From Blastocystis sp. Blastoise (Eukaryota > Protista > Bigyra: Opalinata), in contig JBBPEB010000011.1 in assembly GCA_039096225.1 (NCBI GenBank), forward strand, positions 62,001 to 126,000: a DNA stretch of 64,000 nucleotides, read 5' to 3'. Under the pieces are notes generated by a model. It did no database searches. It saw nothing but the letters and a program-made list of their open reading frames with translations, and was not told the origin of the DNA. This document shows, in pieces, positions 36,692 through 51,666 of the stretch (position 1 is the first letter of the stretch; each line of letters starts with the position of its first letter). A program made the position numbers and the translations under genes.

Positions 36692-37753
36692 TTCAAACAC
36701 TATTCTTTATATTGTTTATTTTGTTATCTCTTCTTTTTTTGTTATTATTATTCCTTCAATTATAAATAGTTTTGTTCTCTACATATAATTATTACTTTCT
36801 CATTTCAAATTACTCTTCAAACCATTGTTTTTTTTTCATAAAAAAAACAGAATATAATCGTGATATTCTTTTATTATTATCAATAATCATTTTAAAATGT
36901 AAATAATTAATTTTCATGTATTCTCAAACTCAGAAGTCTCTCACCAAGAGTTCTCCAATTTTATATTATTAAATATCCAAAAAAAAAAATCATCTATACT
37001 GCACATATTAATTCTATGCTTCATTCGTCATAACAATCCTTTTATTTTTTTTTTAAACATTATCTTTGATTAATGAATCAAGAAAACATAAAGTCATATT
37101 TCATAAATAATTCACATTTATACTAATTCATAATGTCATTTATTGACTCATAAGTATACTAAACAATTTATAAACTATTTTCAAGACCATAATTCTTCTT
37201 TTTTTATAATCTCCCTTTTCAACTCTTCCTATTTATTTCTATTCTCAACTTAGATATTAGTTCTGTATTCATTAGTCAATCATTTGCCAACAATATATAC
37301 CCATAATTATAATAATAATAATAAACGGATCAACAAATTGTTTTTAAAAACTAAACCATGTAATGGTCTAATGTAATCACTACAAGTTTTTTCTAATTTA
37401 TATATTCTCATCTATTGTTTTAATTAGAATTGAGAAATTAATTAATTTTTATTATCTACTAAATACTTATTTTAAAAAAAAATATATAAAACATTTTCTA
37501 TCTTCATTTCTATCATTTTCCAATCATTTTTTATAACAAAAAATATTATGTATAATGACCCTATACTATTTATTTTCTATGCTTATATAAAGGCACATAT
37601 ATATGTTCAGAATTTAAGTTTTTTTAAATGCTTTCAGAAACGAGCGGCGAATCTATAAAAAACTACAACTCCACATTCCTTTCACATTCATCATTTTCTC
37701 ATTTTTATTTTTTCAAAACATTTTTCGTATTTAGTTATTAATACATTACAATT

Positions 37754-37849
37754 ATGGACGCCGTTTGTGAAGCTGCTTGTGATGGTGCTGGTGAAGTCGT
37801 CTGCGAAGTTTTATCTGTAGCCCTTCTTCCTTGTTGCTCAATCTTCTAA
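37754..37849 (+). CDS. 31-aa Cys-rich micropeptide ending in CC-SIF (CaaX)
   Basis: MDAVCEAACDGAGEVVCEVLSVALLPCCSIF*. It is a GC-rich island in about 2 kb of AT-rich DNA, uses C-ending codons (GAC, GCC, GTC, TGC, ATC, TTC), and has the same C-terminal tetrapeptide as the next gene. It falls below the ORF-track cutoff. Confidence 0.7.
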   Translation: MDAVCEAACDGAGEVVCEVLSVALLPCCSIF

Positions 37850-38910
37850 ATGCGCACGTATTCTGAATATATACTTTCTTTTATTGATGCTAATCAGTGA
37901 TAAACATAATATTAATAATAAATGCATTTCATTTTTCCAATTTAGGGGTTATCATAAAGCCAATAAATGACATTTTTGTTTTGTTCTTTTTCCATATTTA
38001 TTCATATATACATCACTATAATATTCAATTTCGCCGTTCATTATTTTATTTCGTTCTATTACTCTCCAATCTGAATTTTACTGAACGATTTTATTCTATT
38101 GAACAAAATAATGTTTATTTTTTTCATAAGATAACTTGATTACCTTTTAAAAACGTTCCATTATTCTTGGAGACATGTTTGATATCAACTTTGATATACT
38201 GAATAGATCATTAGGAGATTTCGTCACATTTACTGAATAATCACTATTGCTACTATTTATTATATATTATTAATCTCTTATAGTTTTTATATCGTTTCTG
38301 ACATATGAAATACACTTTAATCAGGTTTTTTAGAAATTGATGAACATATTAGAAGTTTGGCTATAATAATGAAACAATATATTAAAATTGATAATTTATC
38401 ATTATCTTTATTTAAATTTTATTTTTTTTTGATAATTAATATAATTTTATAAGTAAAATTGTGAAAAAAAAAATGAAAAATAATAAAATTTTTTTTTTGT
38501 TTGTTCTACCGTTAAATGAGTTAACAATTATATAATTAATAATTGTTCATAGATTGTATATGTGTTTTCAACATGATTCAGGCATTTATTAGGTCATTCT
38601 CACACATACACTTTCTATGAAACTGTTCTTCCTAAATTCAATTTGTTAAAATATATAATAGATTAATGTTGAAATAATATTGTCATATTACTAAATCTAA
38701 CTGACTGTCCAAACAATAATAAAAAGTGCAAAAACAAAATCAATAGCAATAAAAATACTAAAGACAAATAACTGTTTTTAGTACACTTTTTCTAAATCGA
38801 ATATATTTATGAAGTATCTTATTCTTGTTTTCAAACTTCTATCATTTATTTTTTGATTTCAATCAATTAATTCTACTTTTCTCTTTGTTTATAAATACTA
38901 AGTCTTCATA

Positions 38911-39501
38911 ATGCAACAAAATCTCTCATCCAATGTCAATAACAATCCTGCTCCTCTTAATAATATAAATGCAGATCAAACTCCTATCACAAATGCAAAT
39001 ACTGATGCTACACCTGTTGCCAATATCAATACTAGTGCTGCTCCTGTTAATTGCGATAATATTAATCCTAATCCTATAAATGATGTCAATAATAATAATC
39101 CTAATCCTGTAAATGGTGTAAATAACAATCCTCCTAATCCTGCCAATTATGTAAATAATGGTTCTTATCCTGTAACTTATGCTAATAATGGTACAGCTCC
39201 TCTCACATATGCTTATAATGGTTCTTATCCTGTAACTTATGCAAATAATGGTTCTTATCCTGTAACTTATACTAATAATGGTTCTTACTATGTCGCCTAT
39301 CCTAATAATGGATCTTATCCTGTAACTTATGTAAATAATGGTTCTCTGCCAGTCATTTATACAGTCAATGACTCTCAACATTCTAAGAGTAGTTCTGGTG
39401 AATGCTGTCCTGGTGGATGCTGTGCAACATGTTGTGCTGACAGCTGTTGTAGTGAATGTTTATGTAATGTTTGTTGTGGAAACGTCTGTAGTATTTTTTA
39501 A
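38911..39501 (+). CDS. Asn/Pro/Tyr-rich repeat protein with CYSTM-like Cys-rich tail ending in CSIF (CaaX)
   Basis: Intronless 196-aa ORF with 10-aa repeats NNGSYPVTY(A/V/T) (30-bp unit, about 7 copies). Tail: ECCPGGCCATCCADSCCSECLCNVCCGNVCSIF. Confidence 0.8.
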   Translation: MQQNLSSNVNNNPAPLNNINADQTPITNANTDATPVANINTSAAPVNCDNINPNPINDVNNNNPNPVNGVNNNPPNPANYVNNGSYPVTYANNGTAPLTYAYNGSYPVTYANNGSYPVTYTNNGSYYVAYPNNGSYPVTYVNNGSLPVIYTVNDSQHSKSSSGECCPGGCCATCCADSCCSECLCNVCCGNVCSIF

Positions 39502-40199
39502 TAAAATAAATATTTTTTGTAAATGTTTCTCTATCTTTTAATTACTTTTATATAAATTTAAAAATTCATTAAATTTATATCTATCTATTTTCATTTGATA
39601 TTATTATTATTATTGTTGTTTTCTTGTCTATACTTGTTTTGTTATTTATAAACAAATAGTACATACATTTTCTTTATTAAACTTTTATTTACGATTAAAA
39701 AAAAATTTATGAAAACTTACATTAATTTGAAATGAAAAAAAAGGATTTCTCACGAATATTTATAGAGAAACAGTCATATTTTGAAAATTTCATAGAAAAA
39801 AGTTTTCTTTCTTTTTATGTTTATCAGATATTACTAGCTTTGCAGAAATTATCAAACATTTTATTTTACATGAAATACTACTTAATAAGCCTAGATTTTA
39901 TTTTATTCATTCTATTTTGTGTTTTTTGACATATATAATCTACAGAATTGGATAATTTCGCTACTTTTAAGGATGATCCATTGAATCATAACACAAAACA
40001 CCTCATATATCATTTTGATCCTTTTAAACAACTTAATATTACATACATTATATATTTATAAAAAAAATTAATTCATTAAGAAAACAACAACAATAGCAAG
40101 TTAACACAATCACACAATATAATATACAATAATAAATAAAAAGAAATTATTGAATAATCACATTAAATATCAAAGAAAACTAAATTGTGCTATTTAACA

Positions 40200-40864
40200 T
40201 TATTTTGATGGAAATAAAGTATGACATAAGTAGGAAACACACTATATATTGTAATAATATATATTAATATAATAATTAAATAGACTTGTACAAAGTGAAT
40301 ATTTATATATATATATACTTGAATAAGTTGCATTGGAGGTATATAATTATTATATTTACGAATGTATCTATAAATATTTCTATACAGTGAGATATTCTGT
40401 TCAATTGTCATAGACACACAATTTGTCGACTATATGTATAATAAAATAGGATATTATTATTATTTTTAGTATAGAGTATATATATATATATACAATATAA
40501 TCAATAAGACTATTCGCTTGATCTTCTAAAAGTTGTTTATCTGACAAGGATAATCGTGGGAATATATATTCAGTATGCATAGCAGAAGATCCTAGAATTG
40601 TGTTTTCACTATCACGTGAAGAAGGTGGAGTATCTTCTATATATATATATATATATATAATTATAAAAAAAAAATACCTTGTGAAAGATCTTTGGAATAG
40701 GACGAGTCTATAGAATTATATCGACTTCCCGCGGGATTCTTGTAGCTAGAAACACTTTTCTTTGGACTATTCACAGATTCTAAAGAACAAGTGTCAGAAA
40801 TACTATTCCTCAATGGGGAAACTGGAGGATCTCCTTTTAATTGCTCGTTTACATCTTTCATGAG

Positions 40865-40900
<36 letters not shown>

Positions 40901-43900
40901 AATCTTATGAATAATAATACTAGATATATATATACTATATAGATATAATACATAGATATACTTTTTTTATTTGTAATATAGTCACAAATCTTAAATAGAT
41001 CATAACCTAATTTCTTCTTAAAAGTAAAAACCATCGATTCAACTTCTTCCACGAGAGCATGTGCTAACCGGATGACACGTCGACCATCAGAAGTGTCTGG
41101 ATTATATTCACATGCATTCAATTCAATTAAATGAATATCATTCATAAAAGAATCTATATAATAATAATAATATGTATTCTAATAGTTATGGTTTTTTGCT
41201 CAATATATATATATATATACCAATAGTTGTATAGTCTTCTTGGTCTATTTTCTTACATATATCTTCAATACATATTGGATTTGATATTATCACGTGATAA
41301 TCAGGAACTTCTTCTGGATCTATTGGCTCAATAAACTCTCTATATTTGGATTGTTTTTGAATAGATGTGACAACTTCTCTTAAAAAGATACGAAATTCCC
41401 TTAATTTATGTTCATCTTCTTCCTGTTTCCATTCAATTACCGCGGTATCCGATTGTTTTGGTGAAGATACTGGAGCAATTGGAATAGTAGAAAGAGAAGT
41501 ACTATATATATAATTATTATAAAGTTGATTCTATAGAGTTCCTAGAAAAAATTACAAAATAATAAACAGAATAATAAATAGAATAATAAATAGAATAATG
41601 AATGTAAATATGTATATAAATTATACATAAATATAAATTATATATAAATTATATATAAATATAAATAAAAATTATATATAAATAAAAATTATATATAAAT
41701 ATAAATAAAAATAATAAAAAACACAATTATACAATGATTCCAATAGAATAAATGATAGCAATCTATATACCGATCACATATAGTTTTTGTAGGTTCATAA
41801 ATGAGGTCAGGAAGTAGATGATGGTAATATTCTTTATATTGATTTCTATCTGGTTGAGGAATAGAGAGAATTGCGGGATAACAACAATCAGCAGAGAATA
41901 AATCTTTGATTTCCACGGGAAGTGAATCAAAAGGAATAGAAGAAGATGCTAAGAAAAGTAGAGGAGCAGAAGAAGGAATAGACTATATATATTTATTAAT
42001 AAATAGAATAATAGTATATATATAAATTTTACATTGAGCGTATTTTCTAAACATTTTTGAAGTGAATTTGAAGCTTGTGAATACCAACTATTTATATCTT
42101 GAAGATAAATAACCGCGGGACTATGACTATACGCTTCTTCAATTTTTTGACACAATACCTCTTCTAATGGAATTCCTATAATTAATATAATATAATTATA
42201 ATAGAATAATATAATAATATAATAATATAATAATATAATAATATAATAATATAATAATAAAATAATAAAATAATAAAATAATAAAATAATAAAATAATAT
42301 AAAATACTTACCGTCTTTGAATAGATTATTATAATTGAGTATATAGCAATTAATAGTATCCATATAGTATAATACTGCTTTCATAACAATATCTGTGCCC
42401 ATACCTGCGTTACTACAGAGAAGGACACGAGGTCTGTATATATACCCACTATCATTCTTATTAATATAATGAATAGAGGAAGAAAAGGAAGAAGCAGGAG
42501 TAGATCTAGTTTTAAGTATACCTTCTTTCTGTTTAGACATACACTTAGGACAATACCAAGGATCATCCGTATCTAATCGCGGGAATACAGCATTCTTAGG
42601 GATACAATTATAATGATAAGCATTAGGACAAGTTTCACAAACAATTAATTCTCCTCCTTCTTTACAAATACTACAAAAATCATTATTGAGATTCCCATAA
42701 ATAAGATCAATTTGATCATGAATAGAAAGAGGAATTGAAGGGGGCAAAGACTGTATAGATGGAAACTGGAGAGGAATAGTATTCTCATCAGCACGTGGAG
42801 TTCTCTCTGAAATATCACTTTGTATAGATAATATATCTTCAGTACTTTCTTGATTTCTTGATATATCATTTGTAATACGAGAATTTTCTATTTAGAATAT
42901 ATGAATAGATAAATATATAAATATATAATAATCATACCTTCTTCATGTTCTCTTCGAGATTTATTCATTCTCCTTTTCTTACTTGGTCGACCTCTCTTTG
43001 AAGACACTGATTTCTTATTGGATAATACTGTATCCTGTTCTGAAATAGTATTTTTTGGAGATACTAATGGATCCATAGATAGATCCTTCTTTAATAATAA
43101 ATTGAAACTATTTATATCCATATAATTATCTATATTTTGGTCGTTATTGGTATCTTTATGTATATTCTGATTCATATTCTTATCTTTATTTATATTTTCA
43201 TCTTTAGAACAAGAAGAGAATTCTTGTTTAATATGTTGAATATCCATAAACATTTGATTCTGAATAAATGAATGTATATCATTCCCATGGAAATTATCAT
43301 CTGTATTTGAAGAATCCTTAGATTGTGGATCCAGAAGAAGAGAATCATCGTCTTCAACTTTCAAAGAGAAGAATGGATAAATATCATATATACGATAGAG
43401 TAACTTTCTATATATAGGATAGAGTAGAGGATGCAATGTATAAGGAAGAGGAGTAGCATATATAGAGGAAGATCTTTGAGAAGAAGGAATAATAGAATAA
43501 AAAGAATCTAAGAAATCTTGTAATGTAATTTGAATATGTTCTATATCAACTAATAACTTTTCACTACTTGTATATACCTATAGATTATAGTATAGTAGAA
43601 GAAGAACTATTCTTATTTTTAATTTTTTATAATCAATGTATTATAGAGTAAGAATAAAGAAAAATAAAATAATAATAATAATTTATATAAGAATAGTATG
43701 TATATAATAAATTATTATTTCTATTTATTTTAATTATAATTATTATTATTTATTTTAATTATTATATACTATATATATTATAAATAAATATATATATACT
43801 TGTGGATAAGTACGTTTGAATGCTTTTAATACAGTTTCATTACATAATCCTTTTATATCTGCACCCCCAAACCCGCTCGTCCATCCCGCCAACATATTTT

Positions 43901-45084
43901 TAAATTCAATCGATAATGGAGGATTCCAATTCTTTGTATGTATATCAATAATACTTCGTCGACTTGAAAACGAGGGTAATTTAAAATATAATTCCCGGTC
44001 AAATCTACCTGGTCTTCTTAATGCTGGATCAATAGAATCAACTCTATTTGTGGCCCCAATAACTATTACTTGTCCTCTACTATCTAATCCATCCATTAAC
44101 GCTAATAACGTTGATACTATAGAAGAATGAATCTGATCCTATAAAAAGTATGTATAGTTATTTATATTTATTGGAAATACATTTATAAAAAGGTTTATAA
44201 ATATATAAAAAAGGTTTATAAATAAATTAATTAATTTATAAATAAATTATTTAAGAAATATATAAAAATTTTATAAATATATAAATAAATTAGTTAATAA
44301 ATAAATAAATTAGTTAATAAATAAATAAATATATATATCTTTAAATATACTTGTTTACTGCTTCTAACAGGCGTTAGTCCATCGATTTCATCAAAGAATA
44401 TAATACTAGGTTGATACTTCTTGGCCTGATCAAATAATAAACGCAATTGTTTCTCCGCTTCTCCTACCCATTTAGAAAGACAATCAGCTCCTTTTCGCAT
44501 AAAGAATGAAATAGATTGACCATTCTATATATATATGTATATAGTATTTCTATATGATTACTATAAATAAAAATATCAATATATATAATAAAATATAAAA
44601 ATATCTATACAACAGAACAGGAATTCGCTAGAGCACGTGCCATGAGGGTCTTACCAGTACCTGGTGGACCACAAAATAATACCCCTTTTGGAGGGGAAAC
44701 GGAGAAACTAGTGAATAATTCTGGATATAACAACGGGAATAATACCATTTCTTTCAGTGATTTAATATGATCATCTAGACCTCCTATATATAATTGAATA
44801 TATATATAATTTAATATATATATATATCTATATATACCAATAGATTCCCATGTAATGGATGTATCTATTTGAAGCGGTTGAATATCACTAGATAATTGAT
44901 CCTTTTTACTTATATTATCTATATATATAGAATAGTATATATAGAATAGTATATATACATTGTTTATTAAGAGGTAAACTTAATAAGAATTCTTTTGTCT
45001 TCATTTCATCTCGCTTAATATACTGGTCAGCATCGCTGGAATCGTCTGAATCTGATGAAGAACTACTGTTATGGCGGTGATCTA

Positions 45085-45121
<37 letters not shown>

Positions 45122-47256
45122 GTATATATATAATAGTATATATACTTCGTGTTGTTCTTTTTCGTTGTCTTTTCTTCGTTGTTACAGAAGGTGTTGGAGA
45201 TACCTATATATATATATATATATACATTATTATCATTATTATATACATGTTTTCGTTCTCTTAGATCATACTTCGTTTTACGAGATTCATTTTCACTACA
45301 TGGGCCTATATATATATATAATAATAATAATAATTATTATTATTATAATATATACCTGAATGAAGCTCTTCACTATATGACGATTTCTATATACATATAT
45401 GTACACAAATAATATATATATATACCTTTGTATTTCCTTGTCGTTTTTTCTTCCGTTTATCCCTGTTTTCTTGATTTACTAATACAGTTGTAGAAGGACT
45501 TGAAGTGATTCTTTTATTTCTATATAATAATAATAATAAACATAAATATCATAATAAACACAATAATAATAAACATAATAATACTTGTGGATATCTATTG
45601 ACTTTGTTTGCTTATCACTAACAAAAGGAGATACAGGAGAAGATGAAATATGAATAGATGTATCAACAGATATATTATTATAAGATTCTTTATTTAATAG
45701 AGGAGACGAAGTATAGTCATTTATAGCTTCAGGAGTGAATTTATTGTGTTCCAAAGACTCTGTATCTTGAGGGTTCTGTACAATATGTTGATATTGTTCC
45801 GATATTGATTCATTCATGAAAGATTCATTGTTAGTGTTGCTCTCTGACTGAGATAGTGTTTTCGTGTTTATTGATATTAATGGAGTTGATGAAGTAGATA
45901 TATTACTGTTAGGTATAGTAGACGATGATGTGTGAGCACTATTTAATAAAGAAGAAATGGAGAGACTAGAGAGATCTGTCTGAATTTGAGGTTTATTATC
46001 TTCATTATTATTATCAATATTATTATTATCTTCATTATTATTATCTTCATTATTATTATCTTCATTATTATTATCTTCATTATTATTATCTTCATTATTA
46101 TTATCTTCATTATTATTATCTTCAATATTATTATCTTCATTATTATTATCTTCATTATTTCTCTCAATATCCATATTATTCTCTTCATCTTCCATGGAAA
46201 TAGACGATTTACGACTATCTTTATCATTATTCGATAAATTCTCTTCTTCATTTATAGATTCATTCTCAATATCAGATATAGATTTCTCATTGTCTTTCTC
46301 TTTATCATCAATAAAATCATTAATAGTATCTTTGGACAGTATAATATCTTTATTTTTATGATGACGATGATGATGATGATGTTTCTCTTTTTCCTTTTTT
46401 TCTTTTTCTTTTTCTTTTTCTGTTTCTTTCTCTGTTTCTCTATGTCGTAAAGGATAACGTGATGATATAATTCGATATTTTGAATTATGATTCTTGTTCT
46501 TATTATTCTTTCTCTTCCTTGATTGATAGGTATTATTATTATCTGAATCATCACTTGATTTCTCACTATTTATAGAAGAAGATGATGATGATGATGAAGA
46601 AGAAGAAGAAGAAGAAGAAGAATTATCTGAATCATCATTATCATCATCATCATATCCAGAACGATCTTCTGATGAATCATATAAATTAGAATCACTTGAA
46701 GAAATCTCTGATTCGTTCTCTGTTTCTTTAGTATTACTCTCCTTCTTTACAGAAAATTTACTATTATTCACATGATAATCCTCATTAGTAATACTACTAT
46801 TACTACTAGAGGATGACGATACACTATCATCATCTTTAGAATATTTTGATCGAGGTTTTTTAGACGTATAAAAGTGCTATATACAAAAGAGATAATTTCT
46901 TTAATAAAAAAAAATACATCGAAGGAGATATTACGTTTCTTTTGTGGCGTATAATCCTTTGATAGGAAAAAATCAGCAGCTAGAAATACAAAAAAATTTA
47001 GAAAACACCTAGATTAATATAAAATACATACAATCATCACTATCATCGACAATTGGAATCTGTTTATGTTTTATATTTGCATGCTTTTTGTTCTGTGATT
47101 TCCGTTTCATGGCTTTTCTATACAGAATCAAGTAATTAATAAGAAAAATATACTTTTTATTGTTGAAGGAGCTGGGTTGATTATCCTCTGAGTCGCTATC
47201 ACTCTATATAATATTATTAATACATATTTAAATAAATCTATTACATAGGATTTCAT
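40200..47256 (-). CDS. ATAD2: ATAD2/Yta7-like AAA+ ATPase with bromodomain and an inserted PHD finger
   Basis: Acidic N-terminus; GPPGTGKT; RKGADCLSKWVGEAEKQLR; IIFFDEIDG; ATNRVDSIDPALRRPGRFDRE; degenerate second AAA (YRPRVLLCS..G); bromodomain FIEPIDPEEVPDYHVIISNPM..LIELNACEYN. Confidence 0.92.
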
Positions 47257-47407
47257 AATCAATAATAAAGCTTAATGTTTTTTCGATATAATCAATTATT
47301 CACGTTAATATTTATCTTGATTCACGGGTACACTAATATAATCAACTTTATATTGCTTATTCAGTGTGAATATGAGAAAATAATTTTTTTATAATTAATT
47401 TGAAAGT

Positions 47408-47442
47408 CGCGGGGAACACCGAAAAATGAAAATAGCGGGAAT
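47408..47442. promoter_or_regulatory. E2F-like GC motifs upstream of ATAD2
   Basis: CGCGGGGA and GCGGGAAT (ATTCCCGC on the minus strand) lie 150-190 bp upstream of the inferred ATG, in otherwise AT-rich DNA. Confidence 0.35.
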
Positions 47443-47826
47443 TTCATTTTTACTTTTTTTATTTTTTTAGAATAAATAATGAATACGAAGATGATCAATG
47501 AAAGTAATATTAATTAAGGATCTCTATGTTTATATAAATCTCAAGAATATATCAATTTTGGATTCAAGTACCGATGAGTATTCTAAATGTTTTAAATGTA
47601 TTTTTGAAACTAGTTTATACCCTGACTATTGTGCATAGCATCTAAGAGATGATGATGATTAGATTACATATATATATATTTATGAAAAGGAAGCAATGAT
47701 TTTAAAGAAAACGAAACAAATAAACAAAAAGAGAGTCTTCATTAACTAAATATTTGTATCATGTTCGCAACACAGAATGCATTATTTTAAATAAACTTAG
47801 AGAGATAGCTTTTAATAAATCATTCA

Positions 47827-49958
<2,132 letters not shown>

Positions 49959-50080
49959 CAATTAACTAAAGAAGATTATACTAAAATTCCAATAATCAAT
50001 TAGTATACAAAAACATAATGACGTTAACAACAATGAATACAGCTCGGTTATCGAATAAAAAAAACGACGTAATTTTCGTC

Positions 50081-50372
50081 CAGTGTTTGTCACGAAGACT
50101 CTCTTAGGGTACAAACTTCCTCAAGAGAACTATTTTTTAGGTATTCTTAGGCTCTCGAAGCGTATAGTGAAATCACGTCTAGGGTAGGCTCCTTGTGCAT
50201 TAGGTAGTGTATGGCGCAGGGTTCGCCACACTGTATTTTCAGTAAGGTCTGTACTCCAAGAGAGTTTTTATCTACGCCTTTCGCGCCTAAAGATACCCAT
50301 AAAACTGGTTCTTTCAGTAAGGTCTGTACTCCAAGAGAGTCTTCGTGGCGAACCCTAGTATGGAGAACCTTG
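50081..50372. mobile_element. Second nested pair of hAT-type MITEs (inner copy 50217-50357)
   Basis: The outer copy starts CAGTGTTTGTCACGAAGACTCT. The inner copy CAGGGTTCGCCAC...GTGGCGAACCCTA is flanked by GTATGGCG and GTATGGAG (7/8 TSD). The outer end AACCTTG follows. Confidence 0.82.
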
Positions 50373-50578
50373 AAAAATAATAATTCCACAATAAAAAAAT
50401 ATTTGTTTCATTTTTTAATTTAAAAGGGAGAATTCTAGAAATAATGATGATTCTAAGAAAAGAGTCGTTGTAAAAAGAACTTCGTCAAAGAATTCGAGAG
50501 AACAACGAAGTATTCTAATAATACGACAAGATTCTTTTCATTTCTTTATACTTGACTATTAATATAATAAACTAGATA

Positions 50579-51537
50579 ATGAATTTCTTCTTGAAAGTAT
50601 TTGTTTCTCTATCCATATAATCAAAAACCTATAGATAATAAATTACATCAAATCATTATTTGTGGCTATCATATGGGTTTCTACTGTTGTTGTTGTGTGG
50701 TGTCTTGTGTCTCTGTCTGTAATAATCAGTAAACTTGGATTTCATTCACTTGGAGATTATTTAATGAATTGTGTTAAAGTATTCTTAGATTATTTCATTA
50801 TTCTCATCGAATATTATTATATTTGTTTTTTTTTATTTTTCGTGTTATTGTTTTTATAGAAGACTTTTGTTTCTGGTTGTGCTCTTGGTATGTCTAATAC
50901 AAGAATTGTATTTACAGGTGATCTCGATAAGTTTAAAGAAACATTGAATTCTCCTGCTGTTGTCATTTGTAATCATCAAACTTATTTTGATTGGTGGTAT
51001 ATTTGGTTAATTGCTGATTTTTATCATAAAGCACGTTCATTAAATATTATGTTAAAAGCATCTCTTCAGTATGAATATATATATGTAAATTCATTTCATA
51101 ATTATCTTTAGAATCACTTTTTTTTAAAGTATATATTTATATATATATAGAAAAGTACCTTTGTTAGGAACAGTTATGAAGAGAGTTGGATTCTTATTTT
51201 TAGAACGTAATTGGGAAAAAGATAGTAGTAATATTGATGCCTATATGAAACAATTCTGTGCTAAAGATCGAAATGATTGGCTATTAATATTCCCTGAAGG
51301 TACTACTAGAAGCAATGGTAGATATTTATGTTATTTTTATTATGTTTTTTTTTTATTTTGTTTTCTTTGGAATATATATATTTTATATTTTATTATTAGA
51401 ATATGTTTTTTTTTTATGTTTTCTTAGTGGAATATTTATAGTTATTTTATAGAATATATATATATATAGGTACACTTCAAAAGTCGATGGCTTATGCCAA
51501 GAAAACAGACCGTCCTATCACTGGTGTATATAAATAA

Positions 51538-51573
<36 letters not shown>

Positions 51574-51625
51574 TATCTTTAGATGGTACTCTTACCTCAT
51601 GCTACTGGATTAGCTTCTATCTTAA

Positions 51626-51666
<41 letters not shown>

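Noticed and set aside
38926-39381. Antisense 151-aa Ile/Arg-rich ORF
   Set aside because: It is the shadow of the 30-bp repeat gene on the plus strand.
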